Shown here in pieces: positions 1 to 10,787 of a stretch of 64,000 nt of DNA. A program made the position numbers and the translations under genes. Each line of letters opens with the position of its first letter. Position 1 is the stretch's first letter. The DNA is taken from NCBI GenBank assembly GCA_963713065.1, contig CAVQKP010000018.1, forward strand, positions 95,684 to 159,683, read 5' to 3'. Below the pieces are notes generated by a model. The model was not told the origin of the DNA, did not search any database, and saw only the letters and a program-made list of their open reading frames with translations. The DNA is from Pirellulales bacterium (GTDB lineage: Bacteria; Planctomycetota; Planctomycetia; Pirellulales; Thermoguttaceae).

Positions 1-177
1 GAAGGTTCGGCCGTCGATATTTTCCCCATTCCGAGTGAAACGGCTGACAATCAATCCGAAGAAATCCCCACTTTATACGAGAGGCTCAAACCGTTCATTG
101 GCAAGCTGGAAGGGTTGCCGCCCGACGCTTCAATAAATCACGACCACTATCTCTATGGCGTTCCAAAAAACACATGA
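1..177 (+). CDS. 3' fragment of an upstream partner gene (putative antitoxin) of the VapC-like PIN gene; runs off the window start
   Basis: Frame is open from base 1 and ends at TGA 175-177. This overlaps the ATG of the next gene by 4 nt (ATGA), the classic toxin-antitoxin overlap. No recognisable domain in the 58 visible codons. Confidence 0.3.
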   Translation, partial: EGSAVDIFPIPSETADNQSEEIPTLYERLKPFIGKLEGLPPDASINHDHYLYGVPKNT

Positions 178-596
178 CATCCGTTTTCGCCGATACTTCA
201 TTCTACATTTCTCTTTTCAGCCCCAACGATGCGTTACACCACGCAGCCGTGAAATTGAGCAATTCGTTGAAGCGAAAGATTGTCACGACGGAATTCATCC
301 TTCTTGAACTGGCAAATACCTATTCTCGCTGCAATGTTCGCCATCATTTCACGATGATCGTATCCGATCTTAAAAACGATTCTTCAGTTACGATCGTTCC
401 CGCCACTTCAAAGCTTTTTTTTCAAGGTCTCGATTTGTTCGCGGACAGAGCGGATAAAAATTGGTCTTTAACGGATTGTATTTCCTTCTCAATTATGCAG
501 GAACAGGGAATTTCCGAAACATTGACAACCGACCATCACTTCACGCAAGCCGGCTTTATTTCCTTGATGAACCAGCCGCCGCGGCATCCTCGGTAG
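174..596 (+). CDS. vapC: PIN-domain ribonuclease, VapC-like type II toxin
   Basis: 140-aa ORF. N-terminal 'FADTSFYISL' acidic strand, internal 'TEFILLELAN', and C-terminal 'LTDCISFSIMQEQGISETLTTDHHF' match the PIN D-E-D-D fold. GC is lower than the flanks. Confidence 0.7.
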   Translation: MTSVFADTSFYISLFSPNDALHHAAVKLSNSLKRKIVTTEFILLELANTYSRCNVRHHFTMIVSDLKNDSSVTIVPATSKLFFQGLDLFADRADKNWSLTDCISFSIMQEQGISETLTTDHHFTQAGFISLMNQPPRHPR

Positions 597-623
597 ATCA
601 ATTCCATCATCATTTCAACAGAA

Positions 624-2472
624 ATGCCAGTCGAGTATCGTTCCTTCGCCGGCAAAATCCGAGAGCTCCAACACACGCTAGCCGCTTTGGAGCGCGCGGC
701 GGCTTCGATCGGCGCACGGTCTTGTCCGGGCAGGAATGGTTCGAACTGCTGCGGAAAAAACTGCTTCCACAACTCGAAATGCCCCCGCTGTTGGTAGCTG
801 CCATCGTGGGCGGGACAAACATCGGCAAGTCGGTGATTTTCAATCAGCTTGCCGGCGAGAACGCCAGCGCCGCGACGCCGCTGGCCTCGGGCACGAAGCA
901 TCCGGTGTGCCTCGTTCCGGAAGGATTGGACGATCCGGTCCTGTTGGCGAAACTTTTCCAGCCGTTCGCGCTGCTGCCCTGGCATTCGGCGGACGATGCG
1001 CTCGAGGAATCCGGGGAGAACCGGCTCTTTTGGCGGCGCGGCAAGCGCATGCCGCCGCGGCTGTTGGCGCTCGACGCGCCCGACGTCGATTCCGACGCGC
1101 AGGTCAATTGGGCCCGCGCCAAGGCGGTGCGCCAAGCGGCCGACGTGCTGATGGCGATCCTCACCCAGCAAAAATACAACGACGCGGCGGTCAAGCAATT
1201 CTTCCGCGCGGCGGCGGAAGCCGACAAGCCGTTCATCGTGTTGTTCAACCAATGCGATCTCGAGGCGGACCGCGATTATTGGCCCCGCTGGCTGGCCACT
1301 TTTCGCGAGGAAACCGGCGCAGCGCCGGAGTTGGTCTATGTGGTTCCGCACGACCGCTGCGCGGCGGAGGAGCTTCGGCTGCCGATCTATAACGTCGGCA
1401 CGGACGGGAAAAGGAACTCGGCGCGGCGATCGATTTGCGCGACGAGCTGGCCGGGTTGCACTTCGATTCGATCAAAATCCGCACCTTCCGCGGCGCGCTC
1501 AAACTCGTGCTCGATCCCGCGCGCGGCGTGCCGGGATATTTGGAAAATATCCGCCGCGCCGCGGGCGAATTCGCCGCCGCGGCGGACGTCCTCTCGGCGC
1601 GGGAGATGGCCCGGGTCGATTGGCCCGCACTGCCCTCGGGCGTCCTGGTCGGCGAAATCCGCCGCTGGTGGGACGGCGCCAGGGAGCCTTGGCCGCGGCG
1701 AATTCACGGCTTCTATCGCGTGCTGGGGCGCGGCGTGACGTGGCCGTTCCGCACCGCGTGGACTTCCGCCACCGGCCCGGCGATCGATCCGCTTGCCGCT
1801 TTTCGAAAACAGGAACGGGCGGCGATCCTCGCGGCCGTGGGCAAATTGCTCGACGAACTCGGCCGGCTGGCGCAGGTCGGCAACGAGACGCTCCGCCCGC
1901 GCTTGCTGAAGCTTTTGAGCGGCCACGCCCGGGCCGATCTGCTGGCGCGTGTGGAAGCGGCCCACGACGAATTGCCCGCCGTCGATGAACACTATCGCGA
2001 ATATCTAACCGCCGAGTTGAACGCCTGGCGCGACGGCAATCCCCGTGCGATAAAACTCCTGCAATCGCTCGACCATCTCGCCGCGGCGGCGCGGCCGGCG
2101 ATCTCCATCGGCTTGTTCTTCACCGGTTTGCATTTCGCCGGCGATCTGGCGGGCCAGGCCGCCGTTCAGGCCGCGAGCCAGACGGCCGGGCACTTCGCCA
2201 CCGAAGCGGCCATCACCGGCGGCATCGCGGGCGGCGGCGAGGCGATCATCAGCACCACCAGCGAAGGCGTGAGCCAGGCCGCCGGCCGCATGTTCCTCAA
2301 GCTGCAATCGCGCTACGCCCAAGAGCGCGCCCGCTGGCTGGCCGACTGGCTCGAACAAGAACTTTTGGGCAGTCTGCTCGGCGAACTGCGCCAGGGAGCG
2401 GAAGTGCCGCAAAGCAAGGTGTTTCAAGCAGTCGAAGAAACGCTCGGCGAATTGAATCGTTTGCTGCAGTAG
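624..2472 (+). CDS. Large P-loop GTPase (dynamin/large-GTPase-like) with a long helical and Gly-rich C-terminal region; two apparent frameshifts
   Basis: G1 'GGTNIGKS', G3-like 'LDAPDVDS' and NKxD-like 'NQCD' motifs. Three frame pieces join up: 624-~730 (MPVEYRSFAGKIRELQHTLAALERAAAS...), 731-~1410 (GTPase core) and ~1393-2472 (helical domain with 'GLHFAGDLAG...ITGGIAGGGEAII'). The second junction sits at an A4 run at 1409-1412. The start is uncertain; TTG 722 is an alternative. Confidence 0.55.
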
Positions 2473-2519
2473 GTTATGCTTCAGCATAACAGCATCTTTG
2501 CTATGCTGAAGCATAACCT
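2471..2519 (+). terminator. 49-bp inverted repeat (17-bp near-perfect stems AGGTTATGCTTCAGCAT / ATGCTGAAGCATAACCT, 15-nt loop) directly abutting the stop codon of the GTPase gene; hairpin terminator or protein-binding palindrome
   Basis: Read directly from the sequence. AT-rich relative to its surroundings. No U-tract follows, so an intrinsic terminator is not certain. Confidence 0.45.
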
Positions 2520-2536
2520 ACATCTGCCGTGAGAAA

Positions 2537-3336
2537 ATGGACATCATCCGATCTCTCGACGATCCGCGCATCGCCGCTTACCGCAATTTGCCCGATCGGA
2601 CGTTGCGGGGGGAAGCATATTTCTTGCCGAGGGGCGGTTGCTTGCCCGGCGCTTGCTGGCGAGCCGCTACGACGTCGAATCGGTATTCGTAAGCACGGAC
2701 TGCTACGAGGAATTTCGCCGCTTGACGCCCGCCAATGTGCCGCTGTACGCGGCCGACGAACCGCTGCTGTTGAAAATCGTGGGTTTTCCTTTTCACCGCG
2801 GCGCGTTGGCCGTGGGACGTCGCGGCCTGCCGGCGACGCTCGACGCGCTGCTCGCTCCCGCCGAGGAGCTGCCGCGATTCCGTCTGGCCGTCTGTCCGGA
2901 AATCACCAAGCCGGAGAATATGGGCTTGATCTTCCGCAACGCGGCCGCTTTCGGTTTCAACGGCGTCCTGCTGGGCGAGCGGTGCTGCGATCCGTTCTCC
3001 CGCCGCGCGATGCGCGTTTCGATGGGGGCCGTGCTGCAAGTGCCATTCTGCAAAGCCGGAAATTTACTGGAATCGCTGCAAAACCTCAAACAGCGCCGCG
3101 GCTTCCTCCTTTATGCGGCCATTCTCGACGCCGGCGCCGAAAAGCTGCACGAAATCGCCTGGCCTTCGCGCTGCGGCATTCTCTTGGGCAACGAGATGGA
3201 CGGCCTCGACGCCGCCTCGCTCGCGCTTTGCGACCACCGCGTGACGATCCCCATTACCGATCAAGTCGATTCGCTCAACCTCGGCGTGGCCGCGGGGATT
3301 TTCATGTTCGCGATGCAACACGACAGTTTAAAATGA
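2537..3336 (+). CDS. TrmH/SpoU family RNA 2'-O-methyltransferase
   Basis: N-terminus 'MDIIRSLDDPRIAAYRNLPDRTLRGEAY' in one frame continues as 'FLAEGRLLARRLLASRYDVESVF...' in the next; the shift is at the TTT run near 2618-2622. SpoU motifs 'GNEMDGL', 'IPITDQVDSLNLGVAAGI'. Confidence 0.8.
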
Positions 3337-3419
3337 TTCTATGTGGAGATTAGTGGTTATTAAGGGGAACCGCAAAAACACTTATGTACTAAATCGGTTA
3401 AAAGGCGCATTTGCCGCAC

Positions 3420-3445
3420 GGCACACGGAGCGTGCCTCCGTTTTT
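3420..3445 (+). terminator. Candidate intrinsic terminator: GGCAC-acggagc-GTGCC hairpin followed by TCCGTTTTT
   Basis: 5-bp GC stem plus a T5 run, lying 84 nt after the trmH-like stop. The T-run overlaps the stop codon of the convergent GH2 gene. Confidence 0.4.
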
Positions 3446-6400
3446 ACGTTCCGGCGTTCCAAGCCTCAACGCTGAGACCGTCGGATTCATTGACCTCGAT
3501 GGCCGTGGTTTCGCCCGGATCGAGCCACAGATAGTTGCGATCGGCGAAAAACGTGTCGAGATGGCCTTTACGGAGGACGCGGACGCCCACGGCGGGCACG
3601 GAACCGCGATTGAAGATGTGAAGCTTGTTACCGGTTATACTCGATTCAAGTTTCGTGCGCGGCAATTGGAAAAGGCAATCCTTAACGGCCGAGAAGTTGA
3701 TTGCATAATCGTTTCGCACGACGAGAACGCCGTCATGGAGGACATCCGTCACGACCATCAAGGGCGAAGATTCGGTCTGCTCGGCAGTTAAGCTGAAATC
3801 ACCTAAACGCATGCCTTGTTTGACCGATCCGCGGCCGGGAAAACGTTTTTCTGCGATTTGCTTGAGCTCGGCATCGTAGGCGCGAACGCGGACTTCCCAA
3901 TTGGCCTCTTTTAAAGCATCGGCGTCGTCCAGCAGATACATCGGCAGAGTAAGCGGCTCACCTTGCACGTCAAGTTTATTGAACAGGGCCACCGCCAAGA
4001 GCGGCGTGAAACTTTTTTGGATCAAATAGTGTGAAATCTTCGGCGCGCCGTACCAGTCCACGGTGGACCACGAGGCGGCCGGGCAATTGTCGTTGAGTTT
4101 ATAGTACAACGCGCCCGTCGATTCGGGCCAGCGCGACCGGGCGCGCTCCAACATATGCCGCACACCAACGCTTTGCGCAAGCTGCGTGCCCGCGATGAAA
4201 CGCTCCATGGTATCGCTCGCGGTGAAATAACGCGACATGCGAGTGAGCCGGTCGAGGTCCCGCGACGTATTGAAAATCGGCGTGTGATAGGCGAAAGTCT
4301 TGTCGGCAGGCGGCGGCCAAAGCTTCTGTTCCTCGTCCGGCATGAATCGCAGCACCGATTCGTAGTCGGGATAGGAGGCGATGCCGGACTCGCCGAAGAA
4401 GATTGAATGAATAACGAACGAGCGGTCGAGCGGTGCGCCGCCCCAATAAACGTCGTAATTGTGCTCGCTGCCGCCGCAAGGCTCGCCTCGGTGGAAGTCG
4501 CGAGTGCCATCGAGTTCGATCGTCAGGCGACCCATCATATCGATGGCCGGGCCAAACGGATCGCCCGATTCGTTTCCGCCGGTATAGATTGCGAGAGAAG
4601 CGCGGCTCCGCAGCCGCAGAATATTCTCGCGAACGGTTTGTTCGAGTAAATTATATGGCTGCGTCTTGTGGGAATCCCAGGCGGTGGGCCATTCCTGCAT
4701 GACCATGATGCCCTTGTGATCGCAGAGATCGTAAAACTCTTCGGTTTCGACCATCCCCGCGCCCGAGCGCGGACCATCTGACAATGCTGACTGGCGGCGA
4801 GCGTCAACAGGCGATCGTAACGCTCGCGCGAGAAATCCATCATGGCGTCACAAGTACACCAGCCCGCTCCTTTGACGAACGTTGGGCGGCCGTTGATGAT
4901 GAATGTCCAATCGTAACAGGCTGGATCCACGCGGCCGTTGACCGGGGCCATGTGAATCGTGCGGATGCCGAAAGTCAGTTCTTCGACGTCCGGCGTTTTC
5001 CCGCCGTCGGGCGTGAACGCGAGTTGGAGCCGGTAGAGGTTCGGCTTGCCCAAATCGACCGGCCACCAAAGTTGCGGATTCGGAATGTCGAACTGCAAGT
5101 GCAATTCCTTGTTTGTTTCGGCGGACTGCACGGAGGATTCAAAATGATAAACCCTGCCGGAGAAATTGTCGGGCGCGATCGTGCCGACGAGTTTTCCCGA
5201 CCAACCGCCTTTTGGACCGGACAAGTTCACGACGAGATCCACCGTGCCCGTTTGCGCGTCGCGTGTGGCAACAAAGGGATTTTGCACGGCCACCGTCGGT
5301 TCGCCACGCAATTCGACCGATCGCCAGATGCCCAGCGGGGGAAATTTCGAGTAGTGCCAGCCGTAGCTGTTGTTGAAAACAACCGTTCTGGCCCACGGCA
5401 ACGCGGGATCGAGTTTCACAATATAGCGTGTTTTTCTCCCGCAACAGGCCTTCCACGGGCAACTCGATGCGTGTGAACATGCCTTCGTGCTTTCCCAGCT
5501 CCTTTCCGTTCAACCAGATGGTGCAGCGATTGCAGACGCCGTGGAAGACGAGAGTTTGAGCTCGCCCTTTCGGCGGACGAGCGAATGTTTTTCTATACCA
5601 ATAGGTTTTCGCGCTCCATTCTCTGGCGATTTCCTGGTTGCGGCCGAAATAAGGAAACGGAATCACGCCGGCTTGATAGAGCGCGGTGTGGACACTGCCC
5701 GGCACGGTGGCGCGAATGGCATCTGACCAATCGCCCGCAAGCCGTTTGTCGGCCTCGCCGCCTTCGAGCAGTTGCCAAGCGCCGTCGAGCGGGAAAACAG
5801 GCGTTTTGGGCGGAATATCGACCGGCAAATCTTGCAGCGAAACGCGCTCGGCCTTCGAATCCAGCGGCGCGGGACCGGACTGGTAGCTTCGGCGATCCAG
5901 TTCGCTGAGCGACAACCTTTCAATCTTGCTTATCGCATTGGCATTCGATGACGCATCGGCAAATGCATCGGCTCCTTCAACGAAATCAAAATTCCAAAGC
6001 CCGATGGTCTCGGGGTCCGCTTTGAAGGGCACCTCGGGAATGCCTTGAATTTTTCGAGCGACTTTGGAAATTCGCAATTCGTCGATGACGCCGTCACAGC
6101 CAAACAATGCCGTCGCGCCAACGCTGAGTTTGCCGGACTTGACCGTTCCCTTTGCATTTTTTTCGATAAGCGCGTTGACCACCTCGCGGCCATCGGCATA
6201 CAGCGCCACCTGGGCATCGTCCACGACCATCGCCACGTAGTGCCACTGTTTGTCGGCAATCGCAACTTTCGACTTGATGATCGAGGGTTTGACGCCGGGA
6301 ATATAGGCGCTGAGCGTGCCCGAACCGGCCTCGGTGTAGATTTCCCAATGGTCGAACGATTCCTTGGGTTCGTTGGCCACCAGGATATTGTACCGATCGT

Positions 6401-6638
6401 GACTGTTCAATTCACACCACAATTCGACCGTCAACGGAGAGGATTTATATGCCGGCAGCACGCGCGCCGTCTCGGCGCTGGAATTGACGAGAATGATCGC
6501 CGTGCCAAAACGCCCTTGCGAAACGTCATCGCGTGTTAGCCTTGGCAATCGGTCTCCAGCTTCCGCCGGATCATGGAAACTCAAGGCAACAAGACAGCAC
6601 GCAAATAGACACCTGAGAAACAGTACGGAGTTTTTCAA
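3444..6638 (-). CDS. GH2-family glycoside hydrolase (beta-mannosidase/beta-galactosidase-like) with N-terminal signal peptide and LamG-like domain; about 1065 aa with two frameshifts
   Basis: Minus-strand ORF pieces 5139-6791, 4535-5419 and 3444-4784 are collinear with GH2: sugar-binding 'VPGSVHTALYQAGVIPFPYFGRNQ', Ig-like middle, TIM barrel with 'YTGGNESG' acid/base motif. Signal peptide 'KNSVLFLRCLFACCLVALSF...AEA' from TTG at 6638; the start is uncertain. Confidence 0.7.
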
Positions 6639-6960
6639 AGTAGGGTTCCTTGCACATGAAGGGTTCGACAAACCGCGGTAACGACAACTATTCAAAACAG
6701 GTGGTCTGCATGAAGATGGCAGTGCAGGTCTATTGCCTTCTGCCGGAAAATCGACAATTGAATAACCGTTTTCGGTTTCGCGCCTGCACAACCATATTTG
6801 CGGTGAAAGTCATTTTAGTGGCGAAGATGGTCTATTGGCAAGGATTTTCAAGAGGTGGCCTGGCTAGCCCTAACAATATTTCGCCCCCCGGCACTACCTG
6901 GTGTCCCCCTGCCGGCTTGGCTTTTTATATGCATTTGCTTAAATAAGCCTAAAAAGATAA

Positions 6961-6990
6961 GGAACACTAATAACCACTGATATCCACTGA
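6961..6990 (+). repeat. Copy of short repeat family D (GGAACACTAATAACCACTGATATCCAC), ending at the ATG of the downstream ORF
   Basis: Related copies at 3343-3371 (reverse orientation), 48106-48136 and 48166-48184 (reverse); 19-20-mers with 1-2 mismatches. Confidence 0.45.
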
Positions 6991-7607
6991 TGATTTATGC
7001 TCATAGTATTCAGGATCGAGAATTTATGCTCAACTTTAATAGATGCCGAATGCTTTGGCTGCTTGCTGTCTTTTGTGGATGGTCTGCCATATCCGCCGAA
7101 GCGAAAACGCTCGATGTCGGCGAGGGAAAACCTTTTGATCGCATCGAAAAGGCCAACGCCGTTGCACAGTCCGGCGACGTGATTCTTGTTTACGCGTTGA
7201 AAAACGGACGAGCATACGAGAAAACCTCCGTTTTCGTGCGGCAGAAAAATCTCACGTTATGTGGCGCGCCCGGCAAGGGAAAAATGCGGGTCCTGATTTC
7301 CGGCGAGGGATTCGATTACAGCGGCCGCGGCAGCACGCCCCGGGCGATCTTTCAATTCAACCGCGGCGCCGACGGCTGCAAACTCGAAGGTTTCGAGCTA
7401 TTCGGCGCGCACAACGAGAGCCACAACGGCGCGGGCATGCGGATCAACCAGGCCAACGGCGACGCGAAACAAGGGTACCAGCAAATAGCAGCCGTCCGCG
7501 GCGGAGCGCAAATGCGGAACCTACAAATGCGGAGCCTAACCGGCCGGCAGAACTGGTTCGCCGGCGATCGACCAGTAAGGAAAAACGCGCGAACGCGAAA
7601 AAACTAA
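6990..7607 (+). CDS. Secreted protein with DUF1565/right-handed beta-helix-like N-terminus; possibly truncated or frameshifted at its 3' end
   Basis: Signal peptide 'MLWLLAVFCGWSAISAEA' (a start at 7027 is possible). 'AQSGDVILVYALKNGRAYEKTSVFVRQKNLTLCG' resembles the N-terminal module of pectin-lyase-fold proteins. The tail (QMRNLQMRSLTG) is low complexity with an 18-bp direct repeat. Confidence 0.45.
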   Translation: MIYAHSIQDREFMLNFNRCRMLWLLAVFCGWSAISAEAKTLDVGEGKPFDRIEKANAVAQSGDVILVYALKNGRAYEKTSVFVRQKNLTLCGAPGKGKMRVLISGEGFDYSGRGSTPRAIFQFNRGADGCKLEGFELFGAHNESHNGAGMRINQANGDAKQGYQQIAAVRGGAQMRNLQMRSLTGRQNWFAGDRPVRKNARTRKN

Positions 7608-7657
7608 CTCTTGGGGCATATGGATCTTAAGAAAATGCGGCTCGAAGAACCTAATAC

Positions 7658-8415
7658 TTACGCCAGCGCCTCCGCCTTCGCCATCACGTCGTCGGGGATG
7701 TTGAAATTGGAGGCCACCGTCTGCACATCGTCGTGGTCGTCGATGCGCTCCATGAGCTTGAGAATCTTGTGTGCAATCTCGGGATCGTCGATATTGACCA
7801 TGTTTTTCGCGATCCGCATGATCTGGTTCGCTTCGGGCGTGATGTTGTTGTCGGCCAGTGCCTTGGCAACCTGGCTATAGACGCTCGGGTCGCAGGTGAC
7901 TTCGAACTTGTCCCCCTCGGGCTTGACGTCGTCGGCGCCGGCTTCGAGGGCGATCTCCATAAGCCGGTCTTCATCGATCTTGTCGGCGGGAACGAGGAAC
8001 AGCCCTTTGTTCTCGAACATCCACGCCACGCAGCCGGCGCCGCCGAGTTTGCCGTTGGACATTTCGAAGACCTTGCGGATTTCGCCGGCGGTGCGGTTGC
8101 GGTTGTCGGTGAGCACTTCGGCGAGGATCGCCACGCCGCCCGCGCCGTAGCCTTCGTAAACGATTTCTTCGAGGTTGCCGCCGTCGAGTTCGCCGGTGCC
8201 GCGCTTGATCGCCCGCTGGATGTTGTCCTTGGGCATGCTGATGGCCTTGGCATCGTCGATGGCGTAGCGCAGGCGGAGATTTTGGTCCGGATCGCCCCCG
8301 CCCGCTTTGGCCGCGACGATGATCGCCTTGGCCAGCTTGCTCCACAGCTTGCCGCGCTTGGCATCGACCAGCGCCTTTTATGTTTGATTCCGGCCCAATG
8401 GGAATGGCCTGACAT
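7658..8415 (-). CDS. yebC: YebC/PmpR family DNA-binding transcriptional regulator
   Basis: 'MSGHSHWAGIKHKRRW' then a frameshift, then 'KLWSKLAKAIIVAAKAGGGDPDQNLRLRYAIDDAKAISMPKDNIQRAIKRGTGE...' to the stop at 7658. Restoring one base in the T4 run at 8376-8379 gives the canonical 'IKHKKALVDAKRGKLW'. Confidence 0.85.
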
Positions 8416-8450
8416 GATAAGTACTCCGTTTCGAAAGTATCGTATTTTGA

Positions 8451-8486
8451 GATGTTTTGGAATGTTTTGGAATGTTTTGGAATGTT
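8451..8486. repeat. Tandem decamer repeat (GGAATGTTTT) x3.5 in the yebC upstream region
   Basis: gatgttttgg aatgttttgg aatgttttgg aatgtt, read directly. Confidence 0.6.
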
Positions 8487-8550
8487 GCCGTTTGCACAAA
8501 AACTTTCTGCTTGTTCCACGCCGCGGCGCGGGAACGAGTCGATTCATTCG

Positions 8551-10757
8551 TCATTTCGGAATTTTCTTCTCCACCGCCTTGGCTTTCGCTTCATCTTTTT
8601 CCTTGCGGAACGATTCGGCCGCGCGGCGCCAGTTTTCGCGGGCATTCTCGATTTGGCCGAGCTTCTGATAAGTATCGCCAATATGGTCGAGCACGGTGCC
8701 GTCGGCGATTTTTTCGGCGGCTTTCCGCAATTCAACCGCGGCCTCGGCGTATTTCCGCTGCCGGAACAGCACCCAGCCCAGACTGTCGCAATAGGCGGCG
8801 TTCCCGGGCTCGGCCTCGACCGCCTTGCGGATCATCCGGCTTGCGCGGCCGAGATGCTCGTTCCGGTCGGCCCAAAGATAGCCCAGATCGTTGAGCGCGG
8901 CGCCGTCTTCGGGATATTCGTCGAGCACCAGGTTCAATTGCTCTTCCGCCTCGGGCATCCGGCCCAGCAGCACGCAGACGTTCGCAAACGCCAAACGAAC
9001 GTCTTTCAAGCCCTCGCGGAAGTCCTCCGAGGAGAAATCGTTTTCGCATTTTTGCAACAATTCCCGATACGCCGAGAATGCTTCCGCATAGCGTTTGCCG
9101 AACGTCAGCACCCAAGCGGGCCGGGCGAGGAAGGCAATCGAGCCGGGCTTGAGTTCGGCGGCTTTTTTCGCGGCGGCAAGCGCTTCGTCGATGCGATTTT
9201 CCAAGCCCAGCGCGCCGGCCAGATAGAAATGGAAGTTCGCGTTCTCCTCCGCGGACTGTTGATGATCGATCGCCCGCTGAAACACGGCGGCCGCATCCTT
9301 CGAACGCTGGGCCAGCAGCAGTTCCAGACCCCAGACCAGATAGACTTCGCCGCTCTGTTTGGGATCGGCTTTCAACGCACGGGTGAAGAGTACATCAGCC
9401 GCCGCCCACATTTTGGCGTCCGCGGCGAGTATCCCGAGCGCAAGATTTTCGCCCCGGGCGATCTTTTCCGGCGAAGCCGCGGCGCGCCTGTCGGCCGCTT
9501 CGACGAGCCGCCGCATCAGGTCGGCGTCGCGGGCGATGTCGGCTGCTTCCACTCCCAGCGATTCCAACATGCCCGCCTTGTCTTGCGCCTCGCCGAGCAG
9601 CGTGAGCAGCGCATCGCCGTTTTTCTTCTTCGCAAAAATTTCCGCCAGTCTGCGGTAGCCGGTATAGGTGGGCGATTTGGCAAGCAGGGCCGAGTACAAC
9701 GCGGCGGATTTGTCCGAGAAACCCGCATCGGCATATTTCGACGCCAAGAAATAACCGAGCGACAAATCCTCGTCTTTCGCGGCCCGGAGTTTTTCCAAAC
9801 GCGGAATTAATTCTCCCGTCTTGCCCAATATCCGCAAAACGTCCGCATAGAGTTCATAAGGCCCCATGCCGCGGCCGGAAAGTTTTTCGGCAAACGCGGT
9901 TTCCAAGGCCGCCAACGCCGCGGCCGGCTTGCCGCCTGCGGCGTCGATCCGCGCCAATTCATATTGCAACAGCGCCTTGTCGGGCGAATAGCCGTCCGCT
10001 TTTTCGAAGGCGGCTTTGGCCTCCTCCAACCGGCCGGCGCGGACGAAAGCATCGCCGAAGACCAGATAGAGGTCCGCCGGCTCCTCGAGAATCGCTTTCA
10101 CGGCTTTATCGTCGAGCCCGATTTTCTCCGGATTTTCCAACGCCTTGGCGACCGCGGCGAAACAATCGGCCGCGCGGTCGAACTTTTCGTCGAGATGATA
10201 GAGCCGGCCGAGTTCCAGGCGGAGAATCGCCTCGTCGGAATCATCGACCGCCGGATGGTCCGCCGCCGCGCGTTCGAACAAGCGCAGCGCCGAAGGCCAC
10301 TTTTCTTTTTGCACTTGCACCGCGCCCAACTGGCGCAGCAGCAGCGGATCGAGGGCGGCATCCATTTTAACCGCCAAAAGCGCGTAACGGACCGCTTCGC
10401 TTTCGCGGTCCAGCCGCATCGCGAGCGGGATGATCTCGCGGACGATTTCGGCCGATCCCGGATCCAAGCGCAGCGCACGCTGATAAGAACGCAGGGCGGG
10501 CGGGTATTCATCCCCCAGTTCCATGGCCCTGCCCGAAGCGAAAAGAATCAACGCCTCTTTTTTATCGCGCTGGTTTTCGTCGGCGGACTGCGAGGGAGCC
10601 AAAGGCGCGGGAGCGTCGTCCAGCACGAGCGGTCCCGGAGCCGCCGCGCCGACTTCGGCCGGGACGCAAGCCGGGGGCGCAACCCGATCACCGGCAAGCC
10701 GACGAGAAGCGCTGCGCAAAAAACGCCTCGCAGCAAAATCGCTGAGCGAAATAACAT
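8551..10757 (-). CDS. TPR-repeat protein (about 735 aa) with N-terminal signal peptide or membrane anchor
   Basis: Long minus ORF full of TPR-like helices. The hydrophobic N-terminus 'MLFRSAILLRGVFCAALLVGLPVIGL' (ATG 10757) lies in a neighbouring frame and joins the main frame if one C is restored in the C5 run at 10674-10678 (...LRPPACVPAEVGAAAPGP...). Confidence 0.7.
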
Positions 10758-10787
10758 TGAGAATAAAGCCTCGATTGGTGCAACTAA

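Noticed and set aside
736-1392. Many long ORFs (100-570 aa) on the strand opposite to, or out of frame with, real genes. Examples: 736-1392(+), 10905-11801(+), 12101-13063(+), 15196-16302(+), 31529-32749(-), 37456-39159(+), 42730-43872(+), 49320-50438(+), 51836-52882(+), 62602-63999(-).
   Set aside because: All are Arg/Pro/Ala/Gly-rich low-complexity translations, typical of shadow ORFs in high-GC DNA. Each overlaps a gene with clear homology-like motifs on the other strand or frame.
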